A stretch of 64,000 nt of DNA from an uncultured Clostridia bacterium (GTDB lineage: Bacteria; Bacillota; Clostridia; Oscillospirales; CAG-272). The stretch spans positions 7,081 through 71,080 of the forward strand of contig CALXUV010000020.1 in NCBI GenBank assembly GCA_944391815.1, in the 5' to 3' direction. A program made the position numbers and the translations under genes. Below are positions 9,314-19,516 of this stretch, piece after piece; position 1 is the first letter of the stretch; each line of letters begins with the position of its first letter. Under the pieces are notes generated by a model. That model saw only the letters and a program-made list of their open reading frames with translations. It did no database searches and was not told the origin of the DNA.

Positions 9314-10525
9314 ATGGTTTCAGAAAATATAATTGCACTCGGAGCAAAAGCAGACCGGGAGCTTGTTGATACTTACAGAAAAATTGACGAAGTGGCTTTA
9401 TACAATACCGAAAAAGTAATGAAAGCATTTAAAAACAACAAGGTTGCAGAATCTCATTTTGCCGCATCAACCGGATACGGATACGATGACGTCGGCAGGT
9501 CTGTCACCGAAAAAGTTTATGCCGAGGCGTTCGGAACAGAATCCGCTCTTGTACGTCAGTGTATAGTAAACGGTACCCACGCCCTTACGATAGGACTTTT
9601 CGGACTTCTCAGACCCGGGGACACCATGCTTTCCGTCACCGGAAAACCGTACGACACCCTCGAAGACGTCATAGGACTTTCGGGCAAGAAAAATCAGGGC
9701 TCGCTTGCCGATTTCGGCGTTAACTACAAGCAATGCGAAATAGGAGAAAATTTTTCCGATCTGCTAAATGACAAGGTAAAAGTTGTTTACATACAGCGTT
9801 CGAGAGGCTATGCGCAGCGTAAAGCTTTAAGTCCTGAAGAAATATCATCAATTACTGCTTTCGTCCGCTCACGCTCAAACGCCTTTGTCATGGTCGACAA
9901 CTGCTACGGAGAATTCACCTGCAAGAAAGAGCCTGATGCAGATCTTATCGTCGGTTCCCTTATTAAAAATCCGGGAGGAGGAATTGCTTTGACCGGTGGT
10001 TACCTTGCCGGAACTGAAAAAGCTGTTGAGCTTGCCTCTTACCGTCTCACATCGCCCGGAGTCGGAGGCGAAGTCGGAGCAACTCTCGGTCAGACGCGCA
10101 ATATGCTTCTCGGTTTCTGGCTTGCCCCTCATACCGTGGCTCAGGCTCTCAAAACCGCCGCATTTTCTGCATACGTTTTCTCAGAATGCGGTTTCGATGT
10201 CTCTCCTGCGTCCACCGATCCAAGATATGATCTTATTCAGACCGTGACGCTTCACGATCCGGAAAAACTGAAAGCTTTTATCCGCGCAATACAGTACAGC
10301 TCTCCTGTCGACTCCTTTGTAACACCTGAACCCTGGGACATGCCCGGTTATAATGATCAGGTTATAATGGCTGCCGGAACTTTTACAGGCGGATCGACAA
10401 TTGAGCTTTCGGCGGACGCCCCTATGAGAGCACCGTACACAGCTTTTATGCAGGGAGCTCTTACCTTTGAAAGCGGAAAACTTTCTATTCTGAATGCGCT
10501 CAGCGCGGTTCTTGAAAACAAATAA
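9314..10525 (+). CDS. Methionine gamma-lyase family PLP enzyme (YnbB / aluminium-resistance family)
   Basis: STGYGYDDVGR, GTHAL, IQRSRGY, VDNCYGEF, GSLIKNPGGG, IELSADAP. Confidence 0.9.
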   Translation: MVSENIIALGAKADRELVDTYRKIDEVALYNTEKVMKAFKNNKVAESHFAASTGYGYDDVGRSVTEKVYAEAFGTESALVRQCIVNGTHALTIGLFGLLRPGDTMLSVTGKPYDTLEDVIGLSGKKNQGSLADFGVNYKQCEIGENFSDLLNDKVKVVYIQRSRGYAQRKALSPEEISSITAFVRSRSNAFVMVDNCYGEFTCKKEPDADLIVGSLIKNPGGGIALTGGYLAGTEKAVELASYRLTSPGVGGEVGATLGQTRNMLLGFWLAPHTVAQALKTAAFSAYVFSECGFDVSPASTDPRYDLIQTVTLHDPEKLKAFIRAIQYSSPVDSFVTPEPWDMPGYNDQVIMAAGTFTGGSTIELSADAPMRAPYTAFMQGALTFESGKLSILNALSAVLENK

Positions 10526-10697
10526 CATTCGCATAATCCAAAACAAGGTATACTATTCTCCGGAAAGTTTTAAGACCGGTTTTGGAAGAAATGCTATTTT
10601 CCGATTAGATTGTTACAATCAAAAAAGATATAACAAAAAGAAAAAACAACAATTTATATCGTTTTTCAATCGATTTATAACATTATCAGGTATTTTT

Positions 10698-11912
10698 ATG
10701 AAAAAAATAGCGGTCATTGGTGGCGGAGCGGCTGGTCTTATGGCGGCCGGTACCGCTCACGAAAACGGAGCTGAGGTTACCGTTTTTGAAAAAAACAGCA
10801 AATTCGGTCGAAAAATAGCAATAACAGGAAAAGGACGTTGCAACCTGACTAACGATTGCAGCGTACCGGAGTTTATTGCATCTGTTGTAACCAACCCGAA
10901 ATTCCTGTACAGCAGTATTTCAGCGTTTTCACCCTCCGACACAATACGATTTTTCGAAGAAAGAAAAGTCAAACTGAAAACCGAGCGCGGAGGAAGAGTT
11001 TTTCCTGAATCCGACAGAGCTTACGACATTGTGGACGCTCTCGGAGCTTATGCTTCGAGATGTCATGTGGTGCGTCAGGGGGTTACTTCTGTCGATAAAA
11101 ATGAGTCAGGCGGTTTCACCGTCGCATGCGGAAGTGAAAAATATCTTTTCGACTCTGTTATTATCTGTACCGGCGGAGCCTCTTATCCTCTCACCGGTTC
11201 TACCGGAGACGGGTATACATTTGCTCAGTCTCTCGGACATACAGTTGTCCCGATCAGACCTTCTCTTGTACCAATCGAAACAAAAGAAGCACATAATTTG
11301 TCAGGTCTTACACTGAAAAATGTCAATTTTTCGCTATTTTCCGACAAAAAAACTATTTTCAGCAAATCAGGCGAACTGCTTTTTACTCACTTCGGAATAA
11401 GCGGCCCTCTGGTGCTTACTGCTACCGCGTATCTGAAAGGTAATATAAAAGGCATCTCAGCTGAAATTGATATGAAACCGGCTCTCGACACAGAAACTCT
11501 TCTTGCAAGAGTGCGCTCGGATTTTGAAAAATACAAAAACCGCAATTTAAACAACGCTCTATCCGATTTGCTTCCGATGAGAATGATCCCGGAAATAATC
11601 TCGGCATCAGGAATTTCCGAGTTCAGAAAAATAAATACTCTTACTGCACAGGAAATCTTAAGTATAGTAAAGGCGCTTAAACATTTTCCGGTTACACCGA
11701 CCGCGCTGCGTCCGATAGACGAGGCGATTGTCACCGGAGGCGGTGTTTCCGTCAAAGAAATCAACCCGAAAACCATGGAATCCAAGCTGATAAAAGGGCT
11801 TTATTTTGCCGGGGAGGTCATCGACGTTGACGCTTTGACAGGCGGATTCAATTTGCAGATAGCTTTTTCAACGGGAAGGAGCGCCGGACTTGCGGCAAGC
11901 CAGCCGGAATAA
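10698..11912 (+). CDS. HI0933/BaiN-family NAD(P)/FAD-dependent oxidoreductase
   Basis: Start re-assigned to MKKIAVIGGGAAG; ITGKGRCNLTN, GSTGDGY, FTHFGISGP, VTGGGV, TGGFNLQ. Confidence 0.92.
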   Translation: MKKIAVIGGGAAGLMAAGTAHENGAEVTVFEKNSKFGRKIAITGKGRCNLTNDCSVPEFIASVVTNPKFLYSSISAFSPSDTIRFFEERKVKLKTERGGRVFPESDRAYDIVDALGAYASRCHVVRQGVTSVDKNESGGFTVACGSEKYLFDSVIICTGGASYPLTGSTGDGYTFAQSLGHTVVPIRPSLVPIETKEAHNLSGLTLKNVNFSLFSDKKTIFSKSGELLFTHFGISGPLVLTATAYLKGNIKGISAEIDMKPALDTETLLARVRSDFEKYKNRNLNNALSDLLPMRMIPEIISASGISEFRKINTLTAQEILSIVKALKHFPVTPTALRPIDEAIVTGGGVSVKEINPKTMESKLIKGLYFAGEVIDVDALTGGFNLQIAFSTGRSAGLAASQPE

Positions 11913-12066
11913 TTTTTCCCGGTTCACGATTTACGGAATATTATTTTTGAAAACTGCGTTTCAGAGAAAAATTCAGGTTACATATTCTTACTGTTATTAC
12001 ATTAAAGTTTTCAGCTTGGTTTTTCCTGAACGATTTCACATTTTTAAAAAATTTCGAGGAGTAGTT

Positions 12067-12741
12067 ATGATAAAAATCGCTATTGACGGACCTTCCGGTT
12101 CAGGTAAGAGCACACTTGCCAAGTCCCTTTCAGCCAAACTCGGCTTCACGTATGTCGACACCGGAGCTCTTTACAGATCGATTGCACTTTACATGCTTGA
12201 AAACAAAATTGATCTGACTGACGCAGGCAAAATATCCGCCGCTCTTGCAGATATTTCTATTTCTCTCGATTATGCAGCAGACGGCACTCAACACGTATAT
12301 GTCAACGGCACTGATGTAACTGCCAAGATCCGCTCCTCCGAAGTTTCAATGGCGGCGTCCAGAGTTTCGGCTTTTCCGGTTGTGCGTGATTTTTTACTTG
12401 ACACCCAGAGAAATATCGCCAAAAAATCCAATGTTATAATGGACGGCAGAGATATAGGCACGGTAATTTTCCCCGATGCTGACGTAAAGATATTTCTCAC
12501 CGCCGGAAACAACTCCCGTGCTGAAAGAAGATATGCGGAACTTATCGCAAAAGGCGAAAACGTGACTTTTGAAAAAGTGTTGACTGACATAACCAAAAGG
12601 GATCATGATGATTCTTCAAGAGCTGTTGCACCGGCCGTCGCCGCACCTGACGCAATTCTCATAGACAATTCGGATTTTACTCCGGAAATGACCTTTGCTA
12701 AAGCATTGGAAATCATCGAAAGTAAAATTCGGTTGAAATAA
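12067..12741 (+). CDS. cmk: Cytidylate kinase
   Basis: IAIDGPSGSGKST, DTGALYR, MDGRDIGTVIFPDA; GAGGAG RBS. Confidence 0.95.
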   Translation: MIKIAIDGPSGSGKSTLAKSLSAKLGFTYVDTGALYRSIALYMLENKIDLTDAGKISAALADISISLDYAADGTQHVYVNGTDVTAKIRSSEVSMAASRVSAFPVVRDFLLDTQRNIAKKSNVIMDGRDIGTVIFPDADVKIFLTAGNNSRAERRYAELIAKGENVTFEKVLTDITKRDHDDSSRAVAPAVAAPDAILIDNSDFTPEMTFAKALEIIESKIRLK

Positions 12742-12892
12742 AAAATACGGTCTGTATATGGCATATCCCGCAAGAAACTCAGCCGGATGTGACTTAGTTT
12801 ACTCTAATCGCAAATAATCCGATCGTGCTACCCACATCCGATAAATTAGTTTGCAAATACAGATAATCCCATTATCCATGAAAGGTTTTCAT

Positions 12893-13546
12893 ATGTCAAA
12901 ATTTTCCTTGTTTGTAAAAAAGTTTTTAGGCGGTTTTGTAAAGAAGTTATACAGGATCCGCATTATCGGCGCTGAAAACGAACCCGAAAACGGTCCTTTT
13001 ATAGTCTGTTCAAACCATATTTCAAACCACGACGTTGTTGTTCTGTTCGTTTCGATGAAATCCAGAATGCGTTTTTTAGCAAAAGCAGAGCTTTTCAAAA
13101 TCCCTGTTTTAAACTGGATTGTAAAAGCATTCGGAGCTTACCCGATAAAGAGAGGCGGAGCTGACGTATCGGCTCTCAAAAACACTATTTCCATGCTCAA
13201 AGAAGGACAGGTTGTTTGTTATTTCCCTCAAGGTCACAGATTCCCCGGAGTAGATCCCTCCGAAACGCCTGTACAGCACGGCGTGGGACTTGTCGCAAGA
13301 AAATCAGAAGTTCCTGTCCTCCCGGTTCTTATTTCCACCAAAAACAACAAAGTGCGTATGTTCAGGAAAACAACGGTTACCATAGGAAAGCCGATTTATT
13401 TTTCAGAATTCGGTGAAATGGAAAACAACAAAAACGATTACGTTAAAATTTCAGGAGAAATTTTTGAAAGAATCTGCTCTCTGCAATCTTCTTTCCAACC
13501 ACGTTTGACGAAACCCGCAACCGAAGAAAACAAAAAAGAGGACTGA
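12893..13546 (+). CDS. plsC: 1-acyl-sn-glycerol-3-phosphate acyltransferase
   Basis: NHISNHD (HX4D), FLAKAELF, FPQGHR; conserved position cmk-plsC-ispH. Confidence 0.88.
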   Translation: MSKFSLFVKKFLGGFVKKLYRIRIIGAENEPENGPFIVCSNHISNHDVVVLFVSMKSRMRFLAKAELFKIPVLNWIVKAFGAYPIKRGGADVSALKNTISMLKEGQVVCYFPQGHRFPGVDPSETPVQHGVGLVARKSEVPVLPVLISTKNNKVRMFRKTTVTIGKPIYFSEFGEMENNKNDYVKISGEIFERICSLQSSFQPRLTKPATEENKKED

Positions 13547-13942
13547 TACTTACGACTTTTTATGCCGTTTACCGTTTGCGTTACTTGTGTAAACTTAAAA
13601 TTCGATTTTTTCTAAAAAATTTCATGTCTGAAACTCCCGAAATGCTGTACGCTGTTTTACAATTTCCAAGACGCAGGGAAAACAATAAGTTACAGATAAC
13701 AGCAAACAGTCCTTAAACGAAGTTTACGTCAAAAATATAAGCTGCAAACAAAAATGAGCCGCACTCACGCTATGAATTTTCGAAAACAAAGTATAATTGT
13801 CGGAATTTTTAAAAAACTGTACATCAGAAGACAAATTTAAACTGTGTTACCGAATGACAAAAACAAATTTCAAATCAGTATTTAACGGCAAAAAATGAAA
13901 TCTTACAGTGTCTTTCTTTGGCAGAATCTGATGCCGTACATT

Positions 13943-14050
13943 ATCATTCTGTTGCAGGAGTATGTAACAAATCATATCGTTCTGTTGCAGTAGTATGTAA
14001 CAAATCATATCGTTCTGTTGCAGAAGCCTGTAACAAACCATATCGTTCAG
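13943..14050. repeat. 33-bp tandem repeat, 3 full copies plus partial or degenerate flanks
   Basis: ATC(A/G)TTCTGTTGCA-N6-TGTAACAAA(T/C)CAT at 13943, 13976 and 14009; partial copy at 14042. Confidence 0.9.
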
Positions 14051-14515
14051 TCTGAAAATCACTGCGCCGAAGCGAGTTGTAGTTTTACGGAAATTGATCG
14101 TATAGACTTACATAAAAGCTAACTTAAAATCCATTAAATCAGGCAATTTTCAGAGTTTTAAAAGTTACCGTTCAGAACAACAAGTATCGAGTAGTTTTTC
14201 AGGCAATAGCCATAATTTTCTTAGTGCGGCATTTCAGACAAAATAATATCAAAAAATGTCCGCCCAACTGCTGAAAATGTATTTATTCTCTTGCCTACAG
14301 ACTGCTCTTACAAGAAGCAAATTCAATCGCCGTATTATCAGATAAATGGCATAATATTGCAGTAAAATAAAAACTTTCGTTCAGTTAAGATATTGATTCC
14401 TCCGAAATGCATAAAACTATTCTGTAAAATCACAGGTAAACGCACCCCGTACCGCTGAAATACAAAGAAAATGCAGAGCGTGTCGCTTAATTATACCGAT
14501 GAAAAGGACAAAAAT

Positions 14516-16513
14516 ATGAAAATAACAGTTGCCAAAGGTTCCGGTTTCTGCTTTGGAGTCAGAAGAGCATTCAGAATACTTGAAGACGAAATCCGGAAAA
14601 GCGGAAAAACATATAAAATCGTCACTCTCGGAAAGTTTGTACACAACCCGCAAATCGTCAAAGACCTTGAAGACCGGGGAGTTTCCTACGTCTCCGAAAG
14701 CCAGCTTCTTGCGGAGGCGGCTTCCGCAAGCGAAAATTCGCCGCTTACGGTAGTTTTACGTACTCACGGAGTAACAAAAGAGATAAAGGAAAAACTTGAC
14801 CGCATGTCGGCTGAAAATCCTTACCTGCATGTTTCAGACTGTACCTGCCCATGTGTCTCGAAAATACACTCAATCGTCACCGAAGAAAGCCGGATTTCAC
14901 CGGACGATACTCTTATCGTAATCATAGGTGACGAAAAACATCCGGAAGTCGTCGCCATAAAAAGTTACTGTTCTGCCGAATGCCGTGTTTATCCGGATCT
15001 GATGCATCTGAGAGAGCTTAAAACCGACAAAAAAAGAATTGTATGCGTTGCACAAACCACCCAAAAACTAACAGAGTGTAAATTATGTCAAAATTATTTG
15101 TTAAATAACTTTACAAACGTTAAAATATATGATACAATTTGCAAAGTTACGGAAGAACGTCAGACCGAAGTAGAAAAGCTTGCCGGTGAATCGGACACAA
15201 TGATTATCATCGGCGGCAGGGAGAGCTCAAACACCAACAAGCTATTTGAAATTTCCAGTAGGATTCAGCCGAATACCTTCTTTGTTGAGCATATCAGTGA
15301 AATTCCTTTGGACGGCATACATCCGGACGCTAAATTGGGAATATCTGCGGGAGCATCCACTCCTGACAGCTTAATTGAGGAGGCTATAAAAGCTATGGAA
15401 AACATCGAAAACAAAGAAGATTTCGCAAAACTTCTTGCCGAAACCGAGATGAATTATCTCAAAACCGGTTCCGTTGTCAAAGGAACAATCGTATCCGTTG
15501 ACGATCGGGAAGTTGTTGTCGACCTTAAATCAAACCTGACCGGTTTCATTCCGGTTGATGAATTTGCAGATGACGATGACGCAGTAAAAGTCGGTGACGA
15601 AATAAGCGTTGTCGTGGTGAAAAAGGACGACGAAAAAGGTACTGTTCAGCTTTCAAAGAGAAAAGCCGACAGCATTGCAAGCAAGTCAAAAGTTGAGGAA
15701 GCATATAAGAACGGAGAAGTGCTCGAAGGAAAGATCGTTGACGTTATTAAGAAAGATGACAGCGTAAAAGGTCTTATCGTAAGCGCTCTTCACACAAGAT
15801 TTTTTGTGCCCGCTTCTCAGACCGGACTTTCAAAAAAGGATGACATATCTACTCTTCTCGGTACGGTATGCAAATTCAAAATAACCGAGACAGGAGCCGG
15901 CGGTAAACATCCCGTTGCTTCGATCGCCGTTGTTGAGAACGAAAAGAAACAGGCTGAAATAGATGAATTCTGGGCTTCGCTCACAGAGGGTAAGGTATTT
16001 GAGGGTACGGTCAAGTCAATGACTGACTACGGAGTGTTTGTAAATATCGGTCCTCTTGACGGAATGGTTCACAAATCCGAACTTTCCTGGAAACGTTTCC
16101 GTGTTCCCTCGGATATAGTTTCCGTCGGAGACAAGCTCACGGTTTACATCAAGGATCTTAATCCTGAAAAGAGAAGAATTTCTCTCGGCTGCAAAACCGA
16201 GGAAAACAACCCGTGGAACATTTTTGTTTCAACCCACAACGTCGGTGATGTTGTAAACGTAAAGATAGCCAATATAATGACTTACGGTGCTTTTGCCGAA
16301 ATCATCCCGGGTGTGGACGGACTTATTCATATATCTCAGATCGCCAACAAGCGTCTCGGAAACCCTGCGGAAGTACTCCACACAGGTGATCAGGTTGATG
16401 CCAAGATCATCGATATCGATACTGACAAGAAAAAAGTTTCCCTCTCCATACGCGCTCTCCTTGAAGCAGATGTGGATACCGAGGATGCTGTGTCTGACGA
16501 AAGCGCTGAGTAA
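14516..16513 (+). CDS. ispH: Bifunctional IspH (LytB) / 30S ribosomal protein S1 fusion
   Basis: GFCFGVRRA, VHNP, RTHG, CPCV, QTT, TIC, SSNT, AGASTP followed by four S1 repeats (YGVFVNIG..DGMVH, YGAFAEI..GVDGLIHISQI); AAAGGA RBS before MKITVAK. Confidence 0.95.
   Translation: MKITVAKGSGFCFGVRRAFRILEDEIRKSGKTYKIVTLGKFVHNPQIVKDLEDRGVSYVSESQLLAEAASASENSPLTVVLRTHGVTKEIKEKLDRMSAENPYLHVSDCTCPCVSKIHSIVTEESRISPDDTLIVIIGDEKHPEVVAIKSYCSAECRVYPDLMHLRELKTDKKRIVCVAQTTQKLTECKLCQNYLLNNFTNVKIYDTICKVTEERQTEVEKLAGESDTMIIIGGRESSNTNKLFEISSRIQPNTFFVEHISEIPLDGIHPDAKLGISAGASTPDSLIEEAIKAMENIENKEDFAKLLAETEMNYLKTGSVVKGTIVSVDDREVVVDLKSNLTGFIPVDEFADDDDAVKVGDEISVVVVKKDDEKGTVQLSKRKADSIASKSKVEEAYKNGEVLEGKIVDVIKKDDSVKGLIVSALHTRFFVPASQTGLSKKDDISTLLGTVCKFKITETGAGGKHPVASIAVVENEKKQAEIDEFWASLTEGKVFEGTVKSMTDYGVFVNIGPLDGMVHKSELSWKRFRVPSDIVSVGDKLTVYIKDLNPEKRRISLGCKTEENNPWNIFVSTHNVGDVVNVKIANIMTYGAFAEIIPGVDGLIHISQIANKRLGNPAEVLHTGDQVDAKIIDIDTDKKKVSLSIRALLEADVDTEDAVSDESAE
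15110..15138 (+). promoter_or_regulatory. Putative internal sigma-A promoter for the S1 half
   Basis: TTTACA-N17-TACAAT with TGn extension and AT-rich upstream tract, inside ispH; GAGGAGG at 15377-15383 before in-frame ATG 15395. Confidence 0.55.
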
Positions 16514-16687
16514 GAGTTTATTCACTTTAATTTATGTGATAAGCAAAATCTTACGGCAAAAATTCGGTTTTATTGCTTTAAACCGAAGAAGTCAAGCAAA
16601 GCCGTTTGTGGCGTAAGAGCACTTCTTATACCAAAATCAGTATACTTCTGAAACGCATTTACGTTAATGATTTGCGTTTCGGCATAA

Positions 16688-16770
16688 TAAAAAACAAGGT
16701 CATTTTGATATGCACCACAGAAGTTGGACATTTTAAAGGTGCATATGATTACTGATGATCTTGTTTTTTA
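16688..16770. mobile_element. Miniature IS3/IS150-like remnant (16706-16748) in the loop of a hairpin
   Basis: TGATATGCACCACAGAAGTTGGACA resembles IS150-group terminal IRs; short inverted copy GGTGCATATGA; outer arms TAAAAAACAAGGTCAT / ATGATCTTGTTTTTTA. Confidence 0.55.
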
Positions 16771-16977
16771 TTTTATGAAATTGAAGAGGATTATTTGAGA
16801 CCATTATTAACAACGTCAGCAATTCCCAATACCAATTCATAAAAGCTCCGCTTTGCCGAGGTTTTTTTCTGACCTGAAATTCTCCGTCAACAATTTCTCG
16901 GAATTTTGTTGTTGCCGCTCTAATGCTATTACACTTTACTTTTTCAAAGAATACAGTTAAGTAATCACAGTTATCAT

Positions 16978-17874
16978 TTACTCAACAAAAACGACCTCTT
17001 CTGCATTTTCTTTGCTATCTGCTTCTATATGATTATTATGCGTTACAGTGTATTCGGTAACTCCGGTTACAGTTTCGCCGTCTATCTGAAGCGCAGTCGG
17101 TCTGTCAAACTCCACATGTACTTCCTTTCCGGTATACATTTGTGCAATATCCTTTCTTTCGGCATGACCTCCCTTGAATATCAGCGGAAACGCCAGCAAT
17201 AATTTTAACCGGCTTTTTGAACTCACTACAACTGTTGTCAATGTCCCCTCTTTGTTCAGTCTGGCCTGCCTCGGAGCAATCATCATGCCGCCTCCATAAT
17301 ATCTGCCGTTCATCGTCGGAGCAAGCCAGACATTCTCATAAACCTTTTCTTTACCATCCACACAGACTCTTGCCGTCACCGGTTTGAAATCATACAAAAG
17401 ACCTTTCAGAGCTATGGCGGTGTAATTTATCGGCTTTGATGATTTTGCTTTGATTCTATCGGCAATTTCACAGCAGTAACCGTCTATACCGTACCCTATT
17501 CCGTTAATAAATCTGTGCTCTCTGCCTTTGACCTTAACCAAAGGCAGATTTTCAATATATCGGTTAAGAAGAACAGGCAGCGAATGTACTTCTTTTTCAA
17601 TATCTTTCATAAAGTCATTTCCGCACCCTGTCGGATAATAATAAATATTTTTCTGCGGCAGTTGCCCACCGAGAAAATTCACAAAACGGTTGAGTGTCCC
17701 ATCGCCTCCGGCAATTACAATTTCATTTTTGTCGGCAATTATATCCGTAAGCTGCTGATCAGGCAGTTCAGTTAAGTTTTTAAAAATATATTCTTCGTCG
17801 TTTATTCTGGCTTTTTCGGCATTCTTTTTTCCGCTTCCGTTATCTGCCAGAGAATTGAAAAGGAAATATTTCAT
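16978..17874 (-). CDS. Diacylglycerol kinase-family lipid kinase
   Basis: AGGDGTLN, PTGCGNDF, FINGIGYGIDG, NGRYYGGG, QIDGE; TTGACA-N17-TATAAT upstream. Confidence 0.88.
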   Translation of the reverse strand: MKYFLFNSLADNGSGKKNAEKARINDEEYIFKNLTELPDQQLTDIIADKNEIVIAGGDGTLNRFVNFLGGQLPQKNIYYYPTGCGNDFMKDIEKEVHSLPVLLNRYIENLPLVKVKGREHRFINGIGYGIDGYCCEIADRIKAKSSKPINYTAIALKGLLYDFKPVTARVCVDGKEKVYENVWLAPTMNGRYYGGGMMIAPRQARLNKEGTLTTVVVSSKSRLKLLLAFPLIFKGGHAERKDIAQMYTGKEVHVEFDRPTALQIDGETVTGVTEYTVTHNNHIEADSKENAEEVVFVE

Positions 17875-18086
17875 ATCTATCTCTCAATCGAATGTCCGGA
17901 TTTTTATTAATTCCGTTTTTTTACCTTATATTATATATATTTATTCAACATTTGTCAATAATATCATTAATTTACACTTATTTACCTTTTACCTTTTTAA
18001 CCAATATGCGGACTTTACATAAAATAACAGCAGACACTGCTATTTTTGCTAAGCAAACCATTTTGTAACAAGGTTGGTTTTTCAGA

Positions 18087-18938
18087 ATGTACGATAAAAA
18101 AATTGCTGTTATCGGCGGAGACAAAAGACAAAAATATTTAACGGATAAATTTACGGAAATGGGTTACAAAGCCGTTATTTTCGGAGCAAAGGACGCAGAG
18201 AACACCGCCGCAGATTTAAACGATGCTCTGACGGAAGCCTATGCCGCTGTACTCCCCTTCCCGGTTTCACCCGACGGAGTATTTCTGAACGCTTACTGTG
18301 AAGACTGTAACATACGTCTTTCTTTTTTGTTTTCGGAAATCAAACGCTGTAAAATTCAAAATGTTTTCGGCGGTTTAATTACCTCACCGATTAAAACCGA
18401 GGCGGAAAAATACGGTATAGAAATTTACGACTACGGTGAAAACGAGGAAGTAAAAATAAAGAATGCGTTATGTACTGCCGAAGGAGCTGTTGAAATTGCG
18501 CTTCGTGAGCTTCCTTTTACTCTTTCCGGGTGCAATTGCTGCATACTCGGATACGGTCGGATAGGAAGAATATTGGCAATAAGACTGCGTGATTTCGGTT
18601 GCAAAGTAACTGTTCTGGTAAGACGTCCGGAAAGCGCCGCCGCAGTTCAGTGCGACTCAATTGACTTCAGTTTTAACTTAGCCTCGGCGACGAACGGAGC
18701 GGATATTGTTTTCAACACTGTGCCGACCGTACTTCTGAAAGGGGACATTCTATCAAAAATCCGGAAAAAGTGTCTGATAATCGATCTTGCCTCAGCTCCC
18801 GGAGGGGTAGATTTCGCACAGGCGGAAACGCTCGGTCTGAAGGTTATATGGGCACGTTCACTGCCGGGAAAAACTGCTCCCCAAACCGCCGCAGAAATAA
18901 TCGCCGACGCTGTGTCCGCCAGACTTGACAAACAGTAA
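18087..18938 (+). CDS. spoVFA: Dipicolinate synthase subunit A
   Basis: IGGDKRQ, NALCTAEGA, GYGRIG, FNTVP, IDLASAPGGVDF, SLPGKTAP. Confidence 0.93.
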   Translation: MYDKKIAVIGGDKRQKYLTDKFTEMGYKAVIFGAKDAENTAADLNDALTEAYAAVLPFPVSPDGVFLNAYCEDCNIRLSFLFSEIKRCKIQNVFGGLITSPIKTEAEKYGIEIYDYGENEEVKIKNALCTAEGAVEIALRELPFTLSGCNCCILGYGRIGRILAIRLRDFGCKVTVLVRRPESAAAVQCDSIDFSFNLASATNGADIVFNTVPTVLLKGDILSKIRKKCLIIDLASAPGGVDFAQAETLGLKVIWARSLPGKTAPQTAAEIIADAVSARLDKQ

Positions 18939-18955
18939 AGGAAGGGAATACAACC

Positions 18956-19516
18956 ATGAAAATCGGATATGCTCTTACCGGCTCTTTCTGCACTGTTGAA
19001 CGTTCATTACAAGAGCTAAGGATGCTCGCAAAAGAAAATTCAGTCATACCGATTATAAGTGAAAATATAGCCAAAACCGACACAAGGTTCGGCAAAGCTT
19101 CTGATACCGTTGCGGCTTTGACGGAAATATGCGGACGCGCACCGATTTGCGGCATAGTTGAAGCCGAACCGCTCGGGCCTTCCGTACCGCTCGATGCGCT
19201 TATAATATGTCCCTGTACAGGCAACACTCTTGCAAAGCTTGCCAACGGAATTACGGATTCTACCGTAACGATGGCTGCAAAAGCACATTTACGCTGTGAC
19301 AGACCTCTCATTATAGCAATATCGACAAACGACGCTTTGTCTCAGAATCTGCACAATATCGCCACGCTTATGCAACGCAAAAGCGTATATTTCGTGCCAT
19401 TCCGACAGGACAGCCCGCTTTCAAAGCCACATTCTCTTATAAGTGATTTCAGTCTGCTTCCGGCTACTCTTGAAAATGCAATGAGTTCACGACAGTTACA
19501 GCCGCTACTCGTTTAA
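18956..19516 (+). CDS. spoVFB: Dipicolinate synthase subunit B
   Basis: ALTGSFCT, TDTRFG, PCTGNTLAKLANGITD, STNDAL, FVPFRQD. Confidence 0.95.
   Translation: MKIGYALTGSFCTVERSLQELRMLAKENSVIPIISENIAKTDTRFGKASDTVAALTEICGRAPICGIVEAEPLGPSVPLDALIICPCTGNTLAKLANGITDSTVTMAAKAHLRCDRPLIIAISTNDALSQNLHNIATLMQRKSVYFVPFRQDSPLSKPHSLISDFSLLPATLENAMSSRQLQPLLV

Noticed and set aside
10494-10697. Long N-terminal extensions in the ORF track (also cmk, MATE, ackA, rpsB, CASDH)
   Set aside because: Downstream starts have RBS or family-typical N-termini; the extensions are intergenic sequence
13943-14050. Possible CRISPR array or type III antitoxin array
   Set aside because: Units are contiguous with no unique spacers; no cas genes; no terminator-plus-toxin gene downstream
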